From contig NC_043007.1 of assembly GCF_006345805.1 (NCBI RefSeq), forward strand, positions 4,960,001 to 5,024,000: a stretch of 64,000 bases of DNA. The letters run 5' to 3'. The notes under the pieces were generated by a model that saw only the letters and a program-made list of their open reading frames with translations, ran no database searches and was not told the origin of the DNA. Numbering within the stretch: the first letter of the stretch is position 1; the number at the start of each line of letters is the position of its first letter. Made by a program: the position numbers and the translations under genes. The DNA comes from Octopus sinensis. Taxonomy: Eukaryota. Positions 12,792 through 24,273 of the stretch are shown here, piece by piece.

Positions 12792-14077
12792 CATTTTAAC
12801 GTGGACTTTTGCTATGCTTACATGCATCAGACAGAATTTTGGGGGAAAAATTTCCTATGGCCATGTGCCTTTCCTGTTGCCAACCCTCACTTATTTCCTA
12901 AACAAGGTAATATTTACCCTGACTGCCATGTTTTCACAGAAGACTGAAAATGAATGACAAGTACTTGTATGACGGTGGGGCTTGTTTATAACTATCACAT
13001 GATGTCGAGACACACGCACAGAGGCACCTTTCAGTTTCTGTCTCTCAAAACCACTCACAATGCTTAGTAAAATGCAACTGCCCAATGTGCCACTCTGTGG
13101 GACTGAACCTGAAACCATGCAGTTGGGAAGATCATATTTTTGTCCATATGTTCCAAGCCCTACTTGCAACAGAACGCATAAGCAAAACACAGCACCTGAT
13201 CTATCGAGAAGGGCAGCGATGCCAAGTAAGAATTATCTTGGAATGCAATACCCTCATTTAAGGAAAGCTAGCCGGGAAGGCAAATGCATAATAACGATGA
13301 TGATGATGATGATGCCAGCTAAAATAGATGTGACACATAGTATTGATTAGAACCATGAACAACTGACTTGTTTAATTAGCTACTTTTGTGCCATAATTTA
13401 GCTCCATCCAAGCCAATGAGAGCTAAACCATACAATATAGATGTCCACGACTATTTAAAACCTTAATCAATGATTTTCAAGATGGTTGGGTTTGTTTAAA
13501 AGGAGATTCGGCTGTTATTTCTAGCAGATTGAGAAATTGCATACAGGGTTTTTTCTTAATTTTATTTTGTTGTTTAATCTGATTGGGTCGGGCAAGGCTG
13601 TGTGGGTGGCAAGTTTGCTTCCCAGCGTTACGGTCACAAATTCAGCCCCACTTCACTTTTCAGGCAAGTGTCTTCTACTACAGCCTTGTGATTGGGTTTG
13701 GTAGATGGAGACTGAGAGAAGCTTCTCATATGTATACATGTGTGTGTGTTTCTTTGTTTATGTCTCCTTCACATCATGTGATAGTCGTAAACGAGTGTCA
13801 CCACCACCCAAGTGGTCTCACTGATTTCCAATATTCTATGAAATCATGGATGGCCATGGGAAATATTGTCTTGCTCAGAAACAGGTGAAGGTTGGTGACA
13901 GGAAGAGCATCTGACTGAAGAAACTCTGCCTCAATGACCACTGCCTGACCCATCCAAGCATGGAAATATATGACAATGATGATGTTCATGATGATGATGA
14001 GACCTCCACCAAATAAAATGTCGTCTTCTTAGCATCTAGGAATTAAACATGTTTCTTTGTACTCAGTGATAACTCAC

Positions 14078-14157
14078 CTGCTTTGGGTCACTAGCATAAG
14101 CTGATAATCCGGGTTTAATTTCATTAAATATATCTTGTATCAATTTCATCTTTTTTC
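14078..14157 (-). CDS. ENTPD5: ENTPD5/6-like coding exon 2
   Basis: tttcag acceptor, gtgagt donor; FNEIKPGLSAYASDPKQ (KPGLS motif). Confidence 0.93.
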
Positions 14158-14228
14158 CTGAAATAAATATCAAATTATGAATGAATTGAAGATGAAATGT
14201 CATGATTTTCAATGTTAAGTTATACTGG

Positions 14229-14598
14229 ACTAGCACTATGACCTGGCGTTGCCGGGTCATAGTGCTAGTGCATGCATATACAGCTGTGTGCGTGCGCACA
14301 TACACGCAAGTACTGTCCAAATCTCCCACCAATCACATACAGCTAGCTGGCATTCAATTGGCGTATCAAGTTTTGGGCATTTTGATTGGGTTTTGGATAG
14401 AAAATTCACAAAAAAGTCACTTCTATTGATTTTTTAACGGCTTTGCGGGGTGACTGGGGAAGTGTAAAGATGTGCACGACCACCCTTGGACGGTTTTGAA
14501 TGACCATAGAAAGTGCGAGCCCTCTAACTGAAAAATTGTGGATTTGTATAAAGGACACACACACAGACAGACATTTTGCCATTTATATATGTAGAGAT
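14229..14598 (+). mobile_element. Helentron/DINE-1-like non-autonomous element
   Basis: Same 5' hairpin as 12667, internal (CA)/(GACA) microsatellite, ends atttatatatgtagagat. Confidence 0.55.
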
Positions 14599-15257
14599 AT
14601 TAATTACATGTAGCAATTTAAGGCAGGAAAGTGACACATACAAATGTCCTCTGATGGTAACTCTGTTGTGCTTTTCTCTCTCAAATTATTGTTTCTAATG
14701 AGTAATATCATATGAAAAAAATTTGATATTTTAATTGGTTATCGGTTATATAAAACCTGGAAAAGACTTATGATGGCTGAAGATTCCAAAGTCAAGACCC
14801 CCAGTTGACAAGAGACAATAAATAGAAGTTTGATAACCTGTTATCTCTTATTTGTGTCAGTCATTGGACACACACAAACATATACACATACAAGGTGAGC
14901 TTTTCCATCTCTTAAAATTCATTCACAAGGCTTTGGCTGGCCTGGGGCTACAGCAGAAGACACTTGCCCAAGTTGCAATGGGAATGGACCCATAACCATG
15001 TGGTTGGGAAGCAGACTTCTCACCAAACATGAGTAAAATAATATCCAAAGGGGACAAGTCTAGTTGAACCTAGACATCTATGTCAGGCAAGGAATTTTTA
15101 TAAGTTTTAATGTTATATTCTGATATATACCTGTGGTGTTTACCTGTAGACTTATTTTAGTTCTTTTTGCAAGTTCTTAAGTTGGGTATATTTGATTCTG
15201 GAATTATTAAGGGGTTCTCAGTTTATTTCATACGTTTTTGAGATTGTACTAGTTTAG

Positions 15258-15615
15258 GACGTTATCAAAGAAGCTTGAGAGGTGGTTGGATGGAACTTAC
15301 ACTCGCCTCCTTATGAGAGCTCAAAATCTCTCGTGGAAGCATCATCCAACCAAAGTACAAATATATGGGAAATTACCACCTGTATCATCTCTTGTGAAAG
15401 GTAGAAGAGTCCAGTTTGCTGGACTTTGTTGTAGAGCTGAAAACGAGGCAATTTCTACTGCTCGCGATACCAGAGGGCGCACACTCTCCTACCCTGATGT
15501 AATCTCCAGGGATACAGGCATCCAGCAACAGGACCTCCGTAATGCTATGATGTACCGTGAAGTCTGGCGTAACATAGTAAATTCCATTGTCTCAACCACA
15601 GTCGAACAATGAAAT
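15258..15615 (+). mobile_element. RTE-group LINE 3' end
   Basis: LDGTYTRLLMRAQNLSW....LPPVS..VKGRRVQFAG.C.R...M.REVWR. Confidence 0.7.
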
Positions 15616-16209
15616 GATATTTAATTTGATAGATACAGTGCTTAGGTGAGAGGTATGACTTACATTGCTAATTTAATAATATGGGGTAAATACATTACAT
15701 ATATTTTATGACAAGAGAAAGGAATAAAAACAAAAATAATTCTGCTAAAACTTCAACAATTTAATTAGAAAATTTAGCCAGGATTAAATTTATTCAATTT
15801 TAGTTCAGCAGAAGATTGTCTCATCATTGCTTTTATGTCCAATTTTCTATGCTTGCATGGATTGGGCAGAGTTTATTGGAACAGATTCTCTACAGCAGGA
15901 TGCTCTTCTTGTCCCCAATACCCACCAATTTCCAATCGTGGGAATGGTTTCCCCATGCCAAAACACGTTTTGCGACAATATTAGAAATGAATGATGTTGT
16001 TTCTATGACAGCAATGTTCCTCTGCTGCCATCATGCAATGTCAGCACCAAGAGACACAAACACACACACACACACACACACACACAATCTACACACACAC
16101 ACATGCACACATTTAATCATAATCGTTGGTCTGCCAAAATGAATTTAACCAAAGAATAAACAGAAGTGGCAGACAAATAATGTCAACAGTTAATGTCTGA
16201 AATACTCAC

Positions 16210-16447
16210 CGTTATCACTGCTAAAACTGAATACATGAATCCTAGAGCCAGTGCTTCCGGCATCAAACATGATGCCATAAGTAACCTTGCTTTCAGGGTG
16301 ATCCCAGCGGTAAGCTGTAGAAAGCCAAACAACCATAACACAGAGAACAGTAAAACCCGCAGCCCACATCTTCATCTGAAAAGTGAATGAATTCTGTATC
16401 CTGTAGAGTTTCCTTCTAGAGTTACAAAGACAAGTATTATTTTCCAT
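16210..16447 (-). CDS. ENTPD5: ENTPD5/6-like coding exon 1 (signal/anchor + ACR1); alternative start at 16375
   Basis: Hydrophobic MWAAGFTVLCVMVVWLSTA then YGIMFDAGSTGSRIHVF (ACR1); gtgagt donor; candidate acceptors for exon starts at 16451 and 16375. Confidence 0.9.
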
Positions 16448-16514
16448 TTACCTAATAAGAAAAACAGAGAAAAAATAAATTATATAGTGATACATACATT
16501 TTCGTTTCACTTAT

Positions 16515-17464
16515 TTTCTCCAGAGGTCTTGGTCTTTCGTCATAGCATATGTGAGGCTCAACGTTCGAAGGTCATGCTTGACCACCTCATCCCATGTCTT
16601 CCTGGGTCTATGTCTACCCTGGATTCCTTCAGCTGTTTGGGAGTGGCACTTCTTCACACATCTATCCTCATCCATCCATAGTACATGACCATACCAACAC
16701 AAATGTCACTCCTGCACGCCACATCCGATGCTTCTTATGTCCAACATTTCTCTGCGGGTGCTTACACTCTCTCGTGCATGAACATTGACATTACACATCC
16801 AGCGAATCTTGCTAGCTTCATTTCTTTAAAGCCTACACATGTCCTCTGCAGTCACAGCCCATATTTCACTACGGTGAAGCATGGCAGTTCGCACACATGC
16901 ATTGTACAATCTACCTTTCTCTTTGAGCAAGAGGCCCTTTGTCACCAGTAGGGGTGGAAGCTTTCAAAACTTTGCCCAGGCTATTCATATTCTAGTGGTA
17001 ACACTCTCTGAGCATCCACCCCAACTACTAACTTGGTCACCTAGGTAGCTGAAACTATCAACTACTGATAGTTTCTTCCCCTGGAGTGTAATGGAATCTG
17101 TTTTCTAAGTATCTGTGGTGTCTATTGCACTTGTGCATCTACCGCACACGAAAGCTATCTTCTCGGTTAATTTTCCTTTGATGTTGCTGCACCTCTTATG
17201 CGTCCATAGCTTACACTAGATACAGCTTATGGAGTTTCTACCTACACCTTTTCTACAGATTGAGCAGGGCCACCTACCTGAGGGTGTGTGTGATAAGTTC
17301 ACCTTCCTACTTACTAGAACTTTGGTCTTTGCTACATTGACTCTAAGGCCTTTTGAATCTAAACCTAGCTTCCACACACGAAATTTCTTTTCTAGTTCCG
17401 GTAGTAATTCTGCTACGAGGGCCAGGTCATCAGCATAGAGGAGCTCCCAGGAGCAACCCGTCTT
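16515..17464 (-). mobile_element. RTE-clade LINE fragment
   Basis: WELLYADDLALVAE...GLRVNVAKTK, CSICRKGVG, WYGHVL.MDE...GRHRPRKTW; closely matches ~24657-25610 in inverse orientation. Confidence 0.9.
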
Positions 17465-18075
17465 GTCAACAACAATAATTTCCAGTGTCATATGAAATTG
17501 TCCCTGTTATTTATGACATATTTCATATCAGTTACGTTCGTAGGAATAAAAAAATTTCGTTATTAAACTTTTATTAATAAACACATATTCTAAGTTCACA
17601 ACATATGCAGTTGGGTTTATTTACATTTTTGAAAAAAAAAAAAAAGATACCTTCCCCCAACCCTAAAACAGATTGAAATGCAATAGATCGATACTAGGGT
17701 CATAATTATGGGTGGACACTATAGAGGGAACGGTTTTGTTATCCAGCTCTGTTTACGAGTGACCCCTCAGTTTATGGCCACAGGGTATCTCTTTTCTCAT
17801 AAAAAAACAGGGACAATTTCATATGACACCGTAAATTATTGTTGTTGACAACGCTCTGGAGATAATGTTTTCACCTCAATAGACGTCATTGATTGGTTGA
17901 AATTGCCGAAATGCAAGAAAATAAACAAGAAATAGTTTACAAACTACAGAATTTTCTCAAGAAAGCCAAGAGAAAAAGATGTTTTATAAATACATTCTAC
18001 CAGTATACGAAGTTTAAAAGTGTTTAGTTACAGAGAAATTATTTAAAAAATCTGCCGGTCAAACCGAAAAGATCC
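17463..18075. mobile_element. MITE (Merlin-like), left arm truncated, internal ~45-bp inverted repeats
   Basis: 17463-17508 is inverted at 17806-17851; right end ...aaaagatcc matches the TIR of 32152-32535. Confidence 0.7.
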
Positions 18076-18527
18076 CGGACAGAGTACTACGATAGTGGGG
18101 ACGGAAGAAGAATTTTGGAAAAAGAAAAAATATCCTAATCTATTAAATTAGTTCTGTCAGCGATATTCTGCAGCACCTACGAGTATGGTCGACAGTCGGC
18201 AGAGGTAAAGAATACGCCCACCACCCGTTTCCAGCATAACAAAAACCCTAACACTAAACCCCTATTTCTTTACTACCCACAAGGGGCTAAACTCAGAGAG
18301 AACAAACAAGGCCAGACAAACGGATTAAATCGATTATATCGATCCCAGTGCGTAACTGGTACTTATTTAATCGACCCCGAAAGAATGAAAGGCAAAGTCG
18401 ACCTCGGCGGAATTTGAACTCAGAACGTAACGGTAGACGAAATACCGCTGAACATTTCGCCCGGCGCGCTAACCATTCTGCCAAGCTCGCCGCCTAACAT
18501 TAAGCCCCGAGCGTGTGAATCCTTTAC

Positions 18528-18605
18528 CTTCGCCTGACAGTCCCCATGTAGAAATGAAGCATTAGAGATAAGAAATAAGAGCAGAATAGTATTCTCTGTA
18601 GCCAT
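18528..18605 (-). other. Candidate upstream exon of the ENTPD gene (signal-peptide-like ORF or uORF)
   Basis: MATENTILLLFLISNASFLHGDCQAK ends exactly at an AAG|gtaaag donor, phase 0. Confidence 0.4.
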
Positions 18606-19131
18606 ATCATACTCGATTTAGAATGTGACAACAGAAGAAAGAAGGAGATAGATTTAAATATACATAGAAATAGAAATATATTTTATATATATGTGTGTTT
18701 TCAATAAGTTGAAAATGTGAATGAACAATAACCGGTACTGTCTCAGCAGTATTGTGGGTCCCCAAGCAATGCGGTGGGTCCTACAATATTTATTTATTGA
18801 CAGTAAACCAAACCACAAAACACATAGATCGGAATTGCGCCCCTGTATCCGTGAGGTCCTTGGGCAACGACCTGTTGTGCTCCTACATGAAAATGGAATT
18901 GACAATAACCCTAAGGTGTCTAGTTCAGGGCCAGTGGGGGTGAAAAGGCTTCAATTTTCAATTACCGAAGCATCACGAAAACCAAGATAGACTCTAGAGT
19001 CTAGAGTCTAGACTAAAAAAAAAAGAAACTGTTGACTTGTGACAGACTTTAACTTATTAAAATTTTTGTGAACTGCCTGTATGTAAATGATTGTGACTAC
19101 ACACACACACATATATATATGTACACATATA

Positions 19132-19284
19132 TGTACCAGAGTAAGCACATAAATGTCAAATAAGGTGGAAAAAAGAGTACTCAAATACCAGAGGTAGAGT
19201 AATGTGCTTTATTTAAAAGCAGCAGAAATATAAGAAAAGCTGTTACTCAGAGTTTTGTTATATTTCTGCTGCTTTTAAATAAAG
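19132..19284. mobile_element. Short Penelope-type repeat with internal inverted repeat; inverted copy at 23802-23976
   Basis: tttatttaaaagcagcagaaatataa ... ttatatttctgctgcttttaaataaa; flanked by (TA)n. Confidence 0.6.
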
Positions 19285-19311
<27 letters not shown>

Positions 19312-19317
<6 letters not shown>

Positions 19318-19443
19318 TATATAGAAGGAGCTTCTACAGGACTAGAACTGTTTCATTCAAGAGAAATCTTCAGGAAGCTTCCTGAAGATTTCTCTTGAAT
19401 GAAACAGTTCTAGTCCTGTAGAAGCTCCTTCTATATAATAAAT
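19312..19443. repeat. Perfect 132-bp palindrome centred on AAGCTT (19375-19380)
   Basis: Arms checked base by base; no spacer. Confidence 0.95.
19376..19426 (+). ncRNA. Type I hammerhead ribozyme motif (mirror copy on - strand at 19329-19379)
   Basis: Stem I agcttc/gaagct, core CUGAAGA, stem II UUC-ucuu-GAA, GAAA, stem III ACAG/CUGU, GUA cleavage triplet ending at 19420. Confidence 0.7.
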
Positions 19444-19509
19444 TAATTTTACTCTACTATGTATTGAGTACCTTATTTACTGTGGTTAACCCCGAATCAA
19501 CTCGGGACC

Positions 19510-19545
<36 letters not shown>

Positions 19546-20921
19546 CATACATATAGGGTGGTGAGTTTTTTGAAAGTTCACCTCCAATGGCCTAGCATGT
19601 ATAAAAAGTCAATAGACAACATATTCTCAATCAATATAAAATAGTGTATATTTCAACACAAGCGAAAACTGCCTTCGACAGCCAATAAAATATATACAAT
19701 AAAATCACAGGTAAAAGTTATTTTTCATTCCTTTTGAAGACTGCTCTTAAATATGGTTTTCGTTGTTTTGACTACTTCTTCTAGCGTGTGAAAACTGCCT
19801 GTTGAAGGCAGTTCTCTATTGTGTTTAAATATATTTTATATATGCAATAAATTTGTTTTTAATTGCGACTATACACACATACATACATATAAGTTAAAAG
19901 TTATGGTCGGCCCTAGAGTGACCCTTGGTTTCGCACCTATAAAGCGCTCAGCAGTTTAGGGGACTGGTCAGACTCAAATGGCTGTGGCACAAGGCCAGCA
20001 ATTTTGAAATGAGGGCCAAGTCGATTGCTTCACTGGTACTACGACCCCGAAAGGATAAATTAAGTACCAGTTACGCACTGGGGTCGATTTAATCCGTTTG
20101 TCTGTCCTTGTTTGTCCCCTCTATGTTTAGCCCGTGTGGGTAGTAAAGAAATAGGTACTAATTTGTCGCCTCTGAAATGATAAAAGGCAAAATTGACAAC
20201 AGCGGCATTTGAACTCGGAACGTAAAATCAGAAGAAATATCGCCAAGCACTATGTCCAGCGTACTAACGATTCTGCTAGCGAGCTGCCATAATAATAATA
20301 ATAATAATGATGAGAGATAGAATTAGGGAACCTAAGAAAATTTGCTATTAAGTTCTTACTCACCACATATCCATGGTTAATGGTTTTCAGTTAGCACCGC
20401 TCTTAACTCAAAGCCCCATAGAATTAAGCTGAATGTTAGAAGACGAATCAATGGTTTTGCCGTTTTCTCTGGTGGGGAAACTTGAATAATATCAAACAAG
20501 AGTTATTGTGAAGGGTCAGTTCAACCGAATAAACTTTTAGTTGGTTGTACAACTAGAGAAAAAACCGAGAGAGGAACACGGCCTTCTGATGTGATGTCAA
20601 GTTATGTGAAAACTTGGCAAGGATAGCTATTTTTACACAAAACTAGTAACTCTCTCCGCTTTTGTTTTTCTTTTCAGGTTTACCACAGTTTCTGTAAACT
20701 ACTACTGCTGTCGTTTGCATGGAAATAGCAAACTTTATATATAATATATATATATGTTTGTCCCTTTTCTGTATCTGATAAGAAATTGTATTAACTCGTG
20801 ATTGTAAAACGTGGCAGGTTGTTGGATAAAACCAATTAAGTGACTGATACACAACACGCAAAAATAAACTGGGTACAATTCAAAAATTTTTAGGAGATAA
20901 GAAATATATGTGCTTTGTGTA

Positions 20922-20973
<52 letters not shown>

Positions 20974-21582
20974 GACACGTATTGTTTTTTTATTAGTAAT
21001 CGGCAGAAGTTACAGAATGATTTCTGCCAATTATAAATAAAAACGTAAATATACTCGTGTGTTTCACCTCCATACACTTACAAACCGCTACTAAAATAAA
21101 AGTATTTTGTAAATCTAATATTTACATTGTGTACATGCATACAAAAACGGTAAAATTGTCAAAAGGTTGGTGTATTTACCCCCAAAAACCTTGTATATAC
21201 ATACACACATACCCGTGTACAGGCACAATTACAATTCTTAATATTTGCTCTGACATTTGTATGTTATCTTACTTTTAAATCAAATAAGAAATGAAAGGCT
21301 GGTTTGCAAATTACCTTTTGTATGTGAGCAGAGAATCGAATAAAGCTGCATTTACGAGGCCTTTCTACATACATTGCCTCGATTACAGTTGGCTTTTATA
21401 TAATATTTATTTAACAATCTCTCTTCCACTCCTTGTCTCTATGTTTTGCTTTTTTCTTCTCTCTATTCGGAAAAATACTTACTCTTCCTGACCTACCTAC
21501 TGAGTGCAACTAGTAAAATTTATTCACTGCATTCAAGGTAAAAGCAAATAAAAGCACGCCCTATAGTTATACTAATCATAGT

Positions 21583-21945
21583 GGAGGCGTAATTGCCCAG
21601 TGGTTAGGGCAGTGGACTCGCGGTCGGAGGATCGCGGTTTCGGCTCCCAGACCGGGCGTTGTGAGTGTTTATTGAGCGAAAACACCTAAAGCTCCACGAT
21701 GCTCCGGCAGAGAATGGTGGTGAACCCTGCTGTACAAAAGTACAACTTTCTCTCACTCTTTCTTCCTGTTTCTGTTGTACCTGTATTTCAAAGGGGCCAG
21801 CCTTGTCACACTCTGTGTCGCGCTGAATCTCCCCGGGAACTACATTAAGGGTACACGTATCTGTGGAGTGCTCAGCCACTTGCACAGGCTGTTCCATTGA
21901 TCGGATCAACTGGAACCCGCGTCGTCGTAACCGACGGAGTGCCAC
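21583..21945 (+). mobile_element. tRNA-derived SINE, family D (CpG-rich, apparently young)
   Basis: A-box-like tgcccagtgg, B-box-like ggtttcggctccc, followed by a non-tRNA body. Confidence 0.7.
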
Positions 21946-23308
21946 GACCCCTATACATAACCGATCTTTTCTTTTTTTCTTTTTTTTTTGCAGTTTTAGT
22001 AATTGTGTTTATTTATTATATATAGTATGGTAACGTTGAATCGTGAAATCCTCGCTAATCCCTTGCGCTATTTGTTTCGCCCCTTTACATTTTGAGTTTA
22101 ATCCCCGCTGACGTCAATTCTGCTTTTCAGCCCCCAACCACCCGGGTGTCACTAAAACAATGTACTAGTCACATACTGGTTTTGAGGGCATTGACTGTCG
22201 ACTTTCACTCAAAAAGCTGACCTTGTGCCTGAATTAGAAATATAATATTGTAAGTTTACGGTTAACCAGCCATCAGTCGCTGATTAACTGCAATTTTGAA
22301 AGCGGTATCAGTGACAAGGGAGACTATGGCTCCGTGCAGAACAAATATCACAAAGGACTTCAGAACAAATATCACAAATATCACGAAGCACTGTTACTTC
22401 GCTTTCCTTGTTATGTTTATTACCTTAACAGGTTGGGGGCACCCTTGTAGTGTAGAGAGGACATTATCTAGTGTGCCACACACTTGAACAACCAACGACA
22501 GCCGCTATAGCACCATTCAACCGTGGTCGATGCTAGTGCTGCCTGACTGGCCGCCGTGCCTCTACAGTCCTGGAGTGGTTGGTGTTAGGAAGGGCATCCA
22601 GCTGTAGAAACCTTGCCAGATCAGATTGGAGTCTGGTGCAGCCTCCTGACTTGCCAGTCCTCAGTCAAACCGTTCAAACCATTCCAGCGTGGAAAACGGA
22701 CGTTAAACGATGATGATGATAGACCATAAGTCAGGGCAAAGATGTACTCGTGTATCTGTCAGTCGAGTGGGTATATTATCCGAAATGTATTCTTTACGCG
22801 AAAAATAATTGGTTTCTGAGGTAGCAAATTGTAATCCTTTCTATGACAGGTGCAAAAAGGCCTGACATTTTCGGGGAGGGGTTAGTCGACTACATCGACA
22901 CTAGTGCTCAACTAGTGTTTATTTTATCGATTCCGATTGTATGAAAGGCAAAGTCAACCTCGGTGGAATTTGAAAATAAATAAAAATACTAAAGAATGAA
23001 AGGAAATTTTACAGACACCCATGGGTTTCTGCATCGGTAAACGAAAATTGTTCTTAGATATACTTTTAGATCGTATGTTTAATTTCATTATTTCGTTTTT
23101 GGATTTGGTTTGCAAGGTTCTTTATATGGGTTCGTAAGACTATTGAAAAGGTTGCAAGACGCAACGAAAAATTTTAGGAGAATAAAAATAAGAAAAAAAT
23201 GGAAATTTTACAGGTGAGTGTGTTCTATTAAAAGGCACAAAAAGAAAATGACTCGGATCTCTCCCCAGACACAACAGAAATTTCCTTAGATTTTCCAGAA
23301 TAAAATGA

Positions 23309-23318
23309 ACGCATGCGC
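23309..23318. promoter_or_regulatory. NRF1-like motif ACGCATGCGC upstream of BBOF1
   Basis: One mismatch to GCGCATGCGC, in a CpG cluster ~330 bp before the putative ATG. Confidence 0.3.
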
Positions 23319-23517
23319 GCGCTAACGAACACACAAAACTAAACTAATCTGTTTATTGCGTTAGCAACACATTAGTATTAAGTAATAGAAATGTTTAATA
23401 TACTTTATAGTATATCATGCGTACCTACAAGTCATTAATCTATATTCAAATCTAAAAACAAAACTTGAATTAAAACTGTATCATGTCCATTTCTTTTTCC
23501 CATGAACCTACAGTTTC

Positions 23518-23530
23518 GTTGCTATGCAAC
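23518..23530. promoter_or_regulatory. RFX X-box (GTTGCTATGCAAC); weaker X-box-like site at 23355-23368
   Basis: Palindromic GTTGC...GCAAC about 110 bp upstream of the putative BBOF1 ATG; X-boxes are typical of ciliary-gene promoters. Confidence 0.65.
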
Positions 23531-23642
23531 ACGATTATTTAAGACATGGCTACCACAAATTAACCGCTATCTGTATCGCTAATGGATATCGCTAATGCCT
23601 TGAAAAATTTAACTTGCTGAACTGGTGGCTAAACCGCAGAAA

Positions 23643-23662
23643 ATGGTGAAAGGAAAGACAGA
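23643..23662 (+). CDS. BBOF1: BBOF1 putative coding exon 1
   Basis: ATG GTG AAA GGA AAG ACA GA|gtaggt; phase 2 matches exon 2; basic MVKGK start like other BBOF1 proteins; X-box upstream. Confidence 0.6.
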
Positions 23663-24273
23663 GTAGGTTATTCGCTTTGTTTCGATTTTAGGTGCTGATA
23701 TTTGTCGTGTTTAAGTACCTATTAAATTATATACATACACACACATATATATACACACACACACATATATATATACACCCGCACATATACATACATACAT
23801 ACTTTTATTTAAAAGCAGCAGAAATATAACAAAAGCTGTTACTCAGTTTCACGTTCTCCTGAGTAACAGCTTTTCTTATATTTCTGCTGCTTTTAAATAA
23901 AGCATATTACTCTACCTCTGGTATTTGAGTACTCTTTTTCCCACCTTGTTTCACTTTTATGTGCTTACTCTGGTACAAATATATATATATATAAGAAACA
24001 AACAAAAACTGTTAAATTCTCTTCAACATTTAAATTTAATTTGCCAAAATATTTTCGTTGCTTTGAGACCGCGACATGTTCACTGACAAAATTCCATGCT
24101 GAAGGGAAGCTTATAAACACCTTCCATGCGGCAATTGTTTATATATATATACACACACACACATATATATATATATCAGAAAATGAAAAAAATGGATAGA
24201 ATTTACACACTGATGTAAATTAGTTCCTTGACTAATTAAATGAAATTGAATTATTTATATATATATATATATA

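Noticed and set aside
18988-19014. TAGACTCTAGAGTCTA palindrome with short tandem duplication
   Set aside because: Too short to separate from chance slippage; no supporting context
21583-21660. tRNA gene
   Set aside because: A/B boxes run into a repeat body and no complete cloverleaf was found; it is a SINE head, as is the one at ~34880
23830-23875. Complete hammerhead in the 19132/23802 repeat family
   Set aside because: Only the GAAAC...GUA half is visible on the - strand; the CUGANGA half is absent in both copies
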